This document shows positions 34,220 to 41,839 of a stretch of DNA of 52,669 nucleotides, piece by piece. Source of the stretch: Candidatus Adlerbacteria bacterium (GTDB taxonomy: Bacteria > Patescibacteriota > Minisyncoccia > Phycocordibacterales > SBAW01); assembly GCA_963749085.1 (NCBI GenBank), contig CAVVLG010000004.1, positions 1 through 52,669 of the forward strand, read 5' to 3'. Position 1 is the first letter of the stretch; each line of letters opens with the position of its first letter. Below the pieces are notes generated by a model. It ran no database searches, was not told the origin of the DNA, and saw only the letters and a program-made list of their open reading frames with translations. Position numbers and translations under genes: made by a program.

Positions 34220-35443
34220 ATGATTTACCTTGTCTTTTTAGCTTTGTTCGTCGGAGGGGGCCTCGGTTTTCTCGCTGCTTGGGTTATGAGAGGCAAGGAT
34301 GTGGAGGTTGAAAAGCAAGCTCGCGCTGCGGAGGCGCATGCCAACGAGGAATTGAAAAGCGAACTGAGCAAATTCGACGATCGTTTTAAGGCGATTGCTG
34401 GCGACGTGCTCCGTACTCATTCGAAGGATTTTTTAGATGAATTTGAGAAAGCTCGGAAACTCTATGATCAAGGTTTGGACAGCCGGGAAAAAAGTTTTCA
34501 GCAAACCGTCACAACACTCGGTCTATCAGTGGAATCAGTAAAAACCAAGGTATCAGAATTTGAAACGCAACGAGCTGAACAAATCGGAGCGTTGGGGGAA
34601 GGTATAAAGAATATATTGAAGGCGGGAGAGAAAATGAATGATACAGCATTTTCTTTAACAGCTGTTTTATCTTCAGCAAGCGGTGTGCGAGGAAGATGGG
34701 GGGAAACGGCTCTCAGAAACTTGCTTGAGGAGTCAGGCTTGAACGAGGGTGTCGATTTCCTTGTGCAAGAAACAATTGCCGGTGAAGCGGCAAGTTTGCG
34801 ACCCGATGTAATCATTAACCTACCCGGACATCTCCAGTTGGCGGTTGATTCCAAAGCGAGCCTTGAGGAGTACTTCAAGGCAGTAGAAGAGAAAGATCCT
34901 GAAGTGAAAAAAGAGCATATCATCCAACTCGGTCAGAATTTGAAGGCTCATATCCGCGCTCTTTCTTCTAAGGAATATCAGAAGCACCTCGATCAAAAAA
35001 TACCTTTTGTGATCATGTTCGTTCCAAGTGAGGCTGCAATCCGGGCCGCTTTTGAACAAGACGCCGAATTGTACCGCGATGCGCAATCAAAACGGGTTAT
35101 GCTCGCAAGTCCCGCCACCATCATGCCACTGATGATTTTAATCGCCCACGCATGGAAGCAACAGAAGTCTGCGGAGAATGCGGAGAAGTTGGTAAGTGAA
35201 ATATCAACCCTTGGAGACCGGCTCAGGACCTTTTTAGGGTATGTCACCGGAATCGGCTCCGCACTTCATACTGCCACCACGAAGTTTAATCAGGCGGCAT
35301 CTTCGTGGGATGCTCGTGTGTCTCCTCAATTAGACAGAATAAGCACTCTGGGCGGAAATCTGCAGATTGAATCTGAAATTCCTCAAATAGATATAGAGCC
35401 GCGCCTTCCAAGTAAAGCACTTCCTTCTAAAGAGATTGAATAG
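34220..35443 (+). CDS. rmuC: DNA recombination protein RmuC
   Basis: 407 aa. N-terminal TM helix, a coiled coil, then an RmuC nuclease-like core: RGRWGETALRNLLE...RPDVIINLPGHLQLAVDSKASL...FVIMFVPSE. Confidence 0.85.
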   Translation: MIYLVFLALFVGGGLGFLAAWVMRGKDVEVEKQARAAEAHANEELKSELSKFDDRFKAIAGDVLRTHSKDFLDEFEKARKLYDQGLDSREKSFQQTVTTLGLSVESVKTKVSEFETQRAEQIGALGEGIKNILKAGEKMNDTAFSLTAVLSSASGVRGRWGETALRNLLEESGLNEGVDFLVQETIAGEAASLRPDVIINLPGHLQLAVDSKASLEEYFKAVEEKDPEVKKEHIIQLGQNLKAHIRALSSKEYQKHLDQKIPFVIMFVPSEAAIRAAFEQDAELYRDAQSKRVMLASPATIMPLMILIAHAWKQQKSAENAEKLVSEISTLGDRLRTFLGYVTGIGSALHTATTKFNQAASSWDARVSPQLDRISTLGGNLQIESEIPQIDIEPRLPSKALPSKEIE

Positions 35444-35449
35444 CACACG

Positions 35450-36757
35450 TTAGCGGACATCGCCTAACATCGGGATTCCTATCCTCCGCCTCGCTCCTTC
35501 TCCTTTGAATAACTCGGTCTTCCGGCTAGCCAGGGTTGCCCGCTGATTGAGGTGCTGACGCCCTTTCATAGCTTCAAGGGAAGATCCGAGAAAGACGGTG
35601 TGTTTGCCGTATCTCTCTGATAGAGCATCCATCTGCTCATATATCCGACGAACTTTTTCCGCCTGCACTTCTTCGCCGAAGAGATCCGCCTGACGAGCGA
35701 CATCCTCTTGCAGATCTGCGAGAACGACGCCAGTCAGTCGATATTGTTTTTTTGGGTCAAAGATGAGGTCTAGATAATTGCCGATCAGGGTGACAATCTC
35801 ATTCGGGAGATTCGTCATGCGGGAGAGCCGTATCTCATAGCCGTAATGCCGGTAATCCTGCGTCCGAAGGAGAAAGAATATCCTCTTGGCGGCCAGCTTG
35901 TGGCGCCGCGCCTTGATGCACGCATTCTCCACGTTCTTACTGAGTTGGGACAATATAAAGGTACGGTTGGAGGAGGGAGGCGTAAAGGTCTTGGTCTTTG
36001 AAATACTTTGGTAGTTGTGCTTCTCCTCGGTTTCAAGCGGAAGCACCGCTTCGCCGCGCAATTCGTGCCAGATTTCTTGATGTGGCTTCGTGAACTTCTG
36101 CTTTACCCACTCAAAGTCACGCCGGGCGAAATCAAGCGCGGTCTTTATGCCGAAGTTAGCCATGTGCTTGGTGGTCTGCTCCCCGATGCCCCACACGTCC
36201 TGAATAGCGATCTTTGCGAGGAATAAGTGCAGATCCTTTCCGGGGATTGTCACCAGCCCCGACGGCTTGTTCCACTTTGAGGCTATCTTCGCGACAACCT
36301 TGCTCGGGGCAAGGCCTATGGAGAACGTCATTCCGAGTTCAAGCTCAAGGTCGCGTTTAATGGCCTTGGCGATCTCAAAGTAGCTCATCTTAAGGGGCCG
36401 GCGAAGACCGGAGATCTCCGCGAAGCACTCATCGATGGAGTACTCCTCAACGATGGCGGTATAGCGACGAACAATCTCGAACATTCTTTTTGAGTAGAGG
36501 GAGTATGTCTCGTAATCGGAAGGGAGATATATGATATTGGGGCACACCCGCTTGATCTCCCGGATGCTCATGCCGCGCTTGATACCCAGCTTTTTCGCCT
36601 CGATGGATACCGCTGAGGCGATGCCGCGCTCTTTGCCGGTGATTACCGGCTTGCCGCGCAACTCCGGGTGAAGAGACTGCTCAACCGAGGCGAAGAAGGA
36701 ATCCGCGTCGATGTGGATGATGGCACGGGGGAAGGAGCGTAGAGCGAGCGGTTCCAT
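35450..36757 (-). CDS. Y-family translesion DNA polymerase (DinB/UmuC-type)
   Basis: 435 aa. IHIDADSFFASVEQ catalytic motif, SIDECF, and a little-finger region. It starts 1 nt downstream of the lexA-like stop. Confidence 0.9.
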   Translation of the reverse strand: MEPLALRSFPRAIIHIDADSFFASVEQSLHPELRGKPVITGKERGIASAVSIEAKKLGIKRGMSIREIKRVCPNIIYLPSDYETYSLYSKRMFEIVRRYTAIVEEYSIDECFAEISGLRRPLKMSYFEIAKAIKRDLELELGMTFSIGLAPSKVVAKIASKWNKPSGLVTIPGKDLHLFLAKIAIQDVWGIGEQTTKHMANFGIKTALDFARRDFEWVKQKFTKPHQEIWHELRGEAVLPLETEEKHNYQSISKTKTFTPPSSNRTFILSQLSKNVENACIKARRHKLAAKRIFFLLRTQDYRHYGYEIRLSRMTNLPNEIVTLIGNYLDLIFDPKKQYRLTGVVLADLQEDVARQADLFGEEVQAEKVRRIYEQMDALSERYGKHTVFLGSSLEAMKGRQHLNQRATLASRKTELFKGEGARRRIGIPMLGDVR

Positions 36758-36758
36758 G

Positions 36759-37310
36759 TCAGTATTTTCGGATGACCGCTTTGACGACGGCTTCGATCTT
36801 GAGTTCGTTTTCCGGAACGATGGGCTTGAACTTGCGGTTGGCGGGTTCGAGATAGAATTTGCCGCTGCGCTGGCGCAGATATTTCATCGTGCGCTCCCCG
36901 TCCACTACCGCGATCACGATGGCACCGGGCTTCGCCTTGTCGGTGCGCTCAACTAGAAGCATGTCTCCGTCGCAGATACCCGCATCGATCATCGATTCTC
37001 CTTTTGCGCGCATGAGGTAGGTCGCCTCCTTATTCTCGACAAGGTATTCATCGAGACTCATGGTGTCGGAGAGCTCATCTTCCGCAGGAGAAGGGAAGCC
37101 CGCTTCGACCAGTCCCACAAACGGAATCTCATCATAGGTCCGGTGCGGAATCAGCTGCCCTTTTCTATCCTTCGAAAGCTGTCCCTCTTCGATGAGCTTC
37201 TCCACGAGCCGATAGGCGGCGTTCTTTGAGGCGTAGCCCATGAGTGTGCAGATTTCGCTGTAGCTGGGCATGCGCCGGTGCTTGCGGTAAAAACGATAGA
37301 TCCTGTCCAT
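36759..37310 (-). CDS. lexA: LexA-type repressor (winged-helix + S24 peptidase)
   Basis: 183 aa. N-terminal wHTH (PSYSEICTLMGYASKNAAYRLVEKL), an Ala-Gly site in VEAGFPSP, Ser in GESMIDAGI, and a downstream Lys (MKYL). Confidence 0.85.
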   Translation of the reverse strand: MDRIYRFYRKHRRMPSYSEICTLMGYASKNAAYRLVEKLIEEGQLSKDRKGQLIPHRTYDEIPFVGLVEAGFPSPAEDELSDTMSLDEYLVENKEATYLMRAKGESMIDAGICDGDMLLVERTDKAKPGAIVIAVVDGERTMKYLRQRSGKFYLEPANRKFKPIVPENELKIEAVVKAVIRKY

Positions 37311-37325
37311 ACTTCTTGAGTATAA

Positions 37326-37341
37326 GTGAACGAACGTTCAC
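37326..37341. promoter_or_regulatory. LexA (Cheo-type) SOS box GAAC-N4-GTTC
   Basis: GTGAACGAACGTTCAC lies in the 66-nt divergent intergenic region between lexA (start 37310) and the SRAP gene (start 37377). Confidence 0.6.
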
Positions 37342-37376
37342 CTGACAAGAGTACCGGTGGGGAAGATAATGAGCGC

Positions 37377-38006
37377 ATGTGTGGCAGATACACCCTCTAC
37401 ACCAAGAAAGAAGCCCTCGAAGAGCGCTTTCACGCCCATATGGGCAACTACAAAGAGAGCTATAACATAGCCCCCTCCCAGAAGGAGCCGGTCATTCTCA
37501 ATGAGAACCCCGAGGAGATTGTGCTGGCCAAATGGGGCTTCATGCCGCATTGGGCTAAGGGGAATAGCCTGAAGCCGCAGATCAACGCCAGGGCAGAGAC
37601 TGTTGCTCAGAAACCCATGTTCCGGGATTCATACCGCCACCGGCGCTGCTTGATACTCTCCGACGGCTTCTATGAATGGGATCGTAAGGGAGAAACGAAG
37701 ACACCTTACTTCACACACCTCAAATCAAGAGAGCCCTTTGCGATGGCCGGCATCTGGGATACATTCGCGGGTATTCCTACGTACGCCATTGTGACCACTG
37801 CCGCGAATAAGACTATGGCAAGGATTCACGACCGGATGCCGGTGATACTGAGCGAGAAAGATGAGCATGACTGGCTTGATTCATCCATCGATGAAAAGGA
37901 TCTACTCGCGCCTCTTCCGGATAAGGCGATGGAGATGTATCCCATTTCTAGGGCAGTCAATGCGCCGAAGAATAACTCGAAGGATCTCATTGCACCGAAC
38001 ACATAA
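37377..38006 (+). CDS. yedK: SOS-response-associated peptidase (SRAP/YedK family, abasic-site processing)
   Basis: It starts MCGRYTLY, with the catalytic Cys2. WGFMPHW, NARAET and PMPVIL-like motifs are present (RMPVILS). Confidence 0.88.
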   Translation: MCGRYTLYTKKEALEERFHAHMGNYKESYNIAPSQKEPVILNENPEEIVLAKWGFMPHWAKGNSLKPQINARAETVAQKPMFRDSYRHRRCLILSDGFYEWDRKGETKTPYFTHLKSREPFAMAGIWDTFAGIPTYAIVTTAANKTMARIHDRMPVILSEKDEHDWLDSSIDEKDLLAPLPDKAMEMYPISRAVNAPKNNSKDLIAPNT

Positions 38007-38161
38007 ATTATGTTTGCCTTCCTACTATTCGTCATATTTTGCATCATTGTCTGGGCTTTATTCCGTGATGGTCACTGGGGGATTGCTATATTCCTCATCA
38101 TCGCATTTCTCGTCTGGGCATTGTTCCAATTATCATGACCGTGGTATACTGAGCTTCTCGT

Positions 38162-38458
38162 ATGAAGAAAAGATGTCCTGAATGCGACACTGAGATGGTA
38201 GAAGTTCGCAAAGCAGAATATTCCCCAGGGTCGAATCGGTTCTCTAATGAATATCCGAAAGAATTGGGTGACTTTGTGCGGGGCAAAATGTATAACGAAT
38301 ATCGGTTTGCCTGCCCACGCTGCAAAAAGGAGTGGATATATGATAGCTTGTGGCGACGATTCGAGTATATAGATAAAAAATCTCAGTTTATATATTCTTG
38401 GGAGAAGGGTTATCTTGTAGTAAGATATCCCAAGAAGTGGCCGCAAGCACAGAAGTAA
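38162..38458 (+). CDS. Small zinc-ribbon protein, hypothetical
   Basis: 98 aa with CPECD...CPRCK. The antisense 124-aa ORF is judged a shadow. Confidence 0.45.
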   Translation: MKKRCPECDTEMVEVRKAEYSPGSNRFSNEYPKELGDFVRGKMYNEYRFACPRCKKEWIYDSLWRRFEYIDKKSQFIYSWEKGYLVVRYPKKWPQAQK

Positions 38459-38553
38459 GCCTCTTCGGTTCGCAGCACAAAACTACCACCCGTGCGGTAT
38501 CTTGCTGTCCTACGTTTATCACCCCCCTGTACTGCTCTTTCTTATAATTCCGC

Positions 38554-38573
38554 GGTTGCCCACGGGTTGCCCA
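38554..38573 (+). repeat. Tandem 9-mer GGTTGCCCA-CG-GGTTGCCCA (copy near attR)
   Basis: Matches 20150-20169 at 19 of 20 positions. It lies ~145 nt inside the right-hand att repeat. Confidence 0.5.
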
Positions 38574-38715
38574 TAAAGTGATAAAGGTTGGTTACGTTTG
38601 GATATTATTGAGTACGATTGGTCGTCTTACATTTTTTCAGTATTTCTTTTGTTTTAGCCATTAATCTTTATTCTTCTTGCTCGATTGGCGTTTCTCCGAA
38701 AACGTCTCATTCGGT

Positions 38716-38737
38716 TGCAAGTCCTTCCGCCGACACC
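38716..38737 (+). repeat. attR-type direct repeat (orphan 3' fragment of tRNA-Met)
   Basis: TGCAAGTCCTTCCGCCGACACC is identical to 20059-20080. The upstream sequence cannot form the rest of a tRNA. Confidence 0.7.
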
Positions 38738-38799
38738 CGTTAAAAAAACTGGAAAACCCTCTGTTTTTAAGCTAAAGTAGCCTTGTTTGTCGCATATAT

Positions 38800-38873
38800 G
38801 CGGGAGTAGCTCAACTGGTTAGAGCGCCGCCCTGTCACGGCGGAGGTTGCGGGTTCAAGTCCCGTCTCTCGCG
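38800..38873 (+). tRNA. tRNA-Asp(GTC): tRNA-Asp (GTC)
   Basis: It was folded by hand into a 74-nt cloverleaf. Acceptor GCGGGAG/CTCTCGC (one G-U pair), D arm GCTC/GAGC, anticodon stem CCGCC/GGCGG with loop CTGTCAC, T arm GCGGG-TTCAAGT-CCCGT. Confidence 0.9.
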
Positions 38874-40502
38874 CACTAAGGGACGAAGGGTGGCGAAAGC
38901 CGCCTTTTGTCTTGCTGGGCTTGAGTATTTTTTGGTTCTCACCGACTGATACTGTTTTTCAATGGCAGGATACTTTTCAATGATGGGAACAAGCCAATCA
39001 TTAGGCATTATCGTGAGTTTTTGGTCTTTCAGAGAAAAGTTCTGACCGAGACCAATCAATATCTCCCGTTGCGTCTGTAAGTCGCGCATTTGCGTCTCTG
39101 GGTTGCGGCGCAAGAACGAATTGTGTGCGTAGCACGCAAACTCAAAGGTTTTTTCGGTAAGCTCCAACCATTTATCTGCTCTACTCTCGGTCTCTTGCAG
39201 GTTCTTCTTCATTTTAGCGATTGTCGCCTTGAGCTCATCGCGCTCTTTGATAAAGGTAGCGTCATCAATAAGCTCGCGGTAGCGCATCTTGGTCAGGGTA
39301 TCTAGCTGGCGTTGAGCGTCATTCATCGCCACCTGCTGGGTCTCGTAGACTTTGGTGCGTTGCGCAATCTCGCTGTCATTCTGCTCGTTGAGGATTTCCA
39401 AAGCCCAATCCTTGAACTCGGGGAGGATGGTGAACTTCATTATCTCGCGCTCAATCTGCTCCTCCATATCGTCTACAGGTACATACTTCTTTTGGGTGCA
39501 ATTAGAGTCCTGCTTTCTGTGGGTGCAGTAGTAATACACGAAGGTTTTTATTTCACCTCCTTTCTTTTTTATTATTTTCTTTTTCTCTATCGCGGTGATG
39601 GCACTCCCGCACTCGCCGCAGGTGATGATGCCTGTAAAAGCGAACTCGTGCGTTTGAGGGCGCGGCTTGCCGTCCCTACCTAAAAGCATTTGCACACGGT
39701 CAAACTCGTCCAGTGTAATCATCGGGTCGTGCTTGCCCGCATAGGTCTTGCCGCGATATTGAAATAGCCCTGCATAAAAAGGGTCTGTGAAAATGCGGTA
39801 GATGGTGCTGCGCGAAAGTGGCTTTGAACCTTTGCGCTTCATTTTGCGCGTACGCAACCCCCACTCATTATTAGCCATAGCAAGTATCTGCGGGGGCGTG
39901 TAGTTGCCAGTAAGCATCAAATCCCACATCCTGCGGATAACATCAAAACGTTCGGGGTCTTTGGTGATGTAGTTCTCCACCACGCGTCTCTATTTTTGTG
40001 TTCAAATATCCGAGTGGTGCAAGAAATAGGAGCCAGTCCTTTCTCCAACTTGCTATCAATACCGCGCCGCACGCCTTTTTTGAGGTCAATGATGAACTGG
40101 TTGGCGGACCCGCTCTCTACGCTCAACAAAAGTGCATTGTCGTCGGGTTTGTACTCGCGGTTGATGGTACGGAACCGATTTGATGATGCCTTGCTGGAGC
40201 ATCCACTGTATCTTGCCGCTATCAACGGGGTTGCGAGAGAGACGATTTATTTCCCAGCAGAGTATGCCGTCGGCTTCGCCATTCTCAATACGCTCCAGCA
40301 TCTTCTCAAACACAGGGCGATTATTTGGGCTTTTTGCCGACTTTGCCTCCGACAATATCTCTACAATCGTCAAGTCCGCATCCTCGGCGAGCTTGATAAG
40401 GCGGTTGGTCTGGTCAGGGATTGATTGCACCTGTCGGTCCTCCCCCTCGGAGGATTTGCGAGCGTACAAAAAGTATTTGAGGTTGTTGTTTTTATCGGTC
40501 AT
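38835..40502 (-). pseudogene. Large serine recombinase with three frameshifts. Its 3' end reads antisense through tRNA-Asp
   Basis: Resolvase N-terminus YFLYARKSSEGEDRQVQSIPDQ...INRLSRN. The frame changes near 40174 (..IIKS/FRTINREY..), 40037 (..LEKG/WLLFLAPLGYLN..) and 39985 (..IETR/VVENYITKD..). The recombinase domain and CGECGS...YYCTH zinc ribbon follow. The last 13 codons overlap 38835-38873. Confidence 0.8.
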
Positions 40503-40516
40503 AAATCCCTACTAAA

Positions 40517-41173
40517 TTATAGCAATTTTTTGCGCTCAAGTTGCAGGTAGCGGCGGTAGCTTTGGCTGGTTTTGGAGTGCAAATGCTCCAGTTTTCGCTG
40601 TTTGCGTGTGGGTTTCCCAGCGTAATAGGGGCGTTTTATCTGCTCTTGTAGGTCCTCAATTTTCTTCTCGGTACCCAATACCTCAAACAGGGGTGCGTAT
40701 TTGTAGCGGCGATTTTGTTTTTTGCTCCCATAGGTGAGGTCGTAGCAGTGGCGACACGCAAAATAATCACCGTTTCCGAGGTACATCGTGCCCACTCTGC
40801 GCCCGCAGTATTTGCCGTCCCGAGAGAGTGGGCAAACAAACCAGTACCGCACGCCGCCGTAGTTGCAGGGGGTTGTGGCGAGCGGGATGTCATAGTCAAC
40901 CGTTTTTTTCTCTTCGTCTTGCTTGGTTATCACATAGTTCAGGTGTACTTTCTTTTCGCTGTCGTAAACAGAGCTGGAGACGCTGATACTGCTTTTCTTT
41001 TCGCCCCACATCCCACTTCGGGTCCAAGTAATGGTCTCGGAGTGGTAGCCGTGCTCAAAAAGGCCGTGCTTGTTCAAGAAAGACACATCCAGCTTAGTGA
41101 GATGGTCTGCTTCTTCCTTGCTTGAATAACTCCATCTACCCATAGTGTGTTTGAGATTTATTGCCGAAATCAT
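40517..41173 (-). CDS. Hypothetical cysteine-rich protein
   Basis: 218 aa. CNYGGVRYWFVCP...CGRRVGTMY...FACRHCYDLTY resembles a widespread uncharacterised zinc-binding family. Confidence 0.55.
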   Translation of the reverse strand: MISAINLKHTMGRWSYSSKEEADHLTKLDVSFLNKHGLFEHGYHSETITWTRSGMWGEKKSSISVSSSVYDSEKKVHLNYVITKQDEEKKTVDYDIPLATTPCNYGGVRYWFVCPLSRDGKYCGRRVGTMYLGNGDYFACRHCYDLTYGSKKQNRRYKYAPLFEVLGTEKKIEDLQEQIKRPYYAGKPTRKQRKLEHLHSKTSQSYRRYLQLERKKLL

Positions 41174-41203
41174 TAGACATTGTGAGGGCGACCAGTAGGA
41201 AAA

Positions 41204-41788
41204 CTACGCCTCACTTTGCGAAACGAACCCATTTTCTGCGCCCCCGCCCGACACGTTCACATCAATAGCGACAGGAGGAGGGACTCTCTCGCCATTTCTT
41301 GCCGACTGTATACGTTGGAGTTCGTGCAGTGCTTTGTACAACCTGTTTTCAACCGTAGTCTCATAGCGCAGGTAGGTCTCTGAAAGTTTTTCTACTGCTT
41401 CTTGCCCGACCGTTGGCGTATAGCCTTCGTTTTTTATAATGGGGTTTCCCAGCCCAAACTCTGCCATAGGGTCAATAATCACCCTCGGGTTGAGAGTTGA
41501 GCGCATAAACTCGTTTTCGGCTTTGGCGGCGCGATAGAGCTTGAGGTAGTACACGCCGATGCGGTCCACCAGCATTTTCTCCAACACACCTACTGGCTGA
41601 AACTGGTCCTCCAACCGCTCCACAATGTCATCGTAAAAACCCTGCTCATAGTCAGACACAACCTCTTTGAGGATGCCGTGCTTGAGTGCGTTGTATTTAC
41701 TGACCGCTTTGCCTTCTTCGGTTTTTACGCCGCCGAGCTTGCCGTTCTCGCGGTTCGCCTCTACTTGTTTTTGTGATGTTTCAGTCAT
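41204..41788 (-). CDS. Hypothetical protein
   Basis: 194 aa. The N-terminal NRENGKLGGVKTEEGKAVSKYNALKHG pattern recurs in plasmid/phage hypothetical proteins. No function known. Confidence 0.55.
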   Translation of the reverse strand: MTETSQKQVEANRENGKLGGVKTEEGKAVSKYNALKHGILKEVVSDYEQGFYDDIVERLEDQFQPVGVLEKMLVDRIGVYYLKLYRAAKAENEFMRSTLNPRVIIDPMAEFGLGNPIIKNEGYTPTVGQEAVEKLSETYLRYETTVENRLYKALHELQRIQSARNGERVPPPVAIDVNVSGGGAENGFVSQSEA

Positions 41789-41839
41789 AGGTTTTTAGGT
41801 TATATAACCAATTTTTGGTGTCAGAAAATTTCTTCACCG

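Larger units (their letters stand above)
20059..38737. mobile_element. 18.7-kb integrative island in tRNA-Met
   Basis: A perfect 22-nt direct repeat sits at both ends. Tyrosine integrase and excisionase-like genes lie immediately inside the tRNA-proximal end. A primase-helicase and R-M cargo lie inside. Confidence 0.7.

Noticed and set aside
38010-38138. 42-aa hydrophobic mini-ORF (MFAFLLFVIFCIIVWALF...) right after the SRAP gene
   Set aside because: It is plausible as a small membrane peptide, but there is no RBS, paralogue or other support, so it is not listed as a feature.
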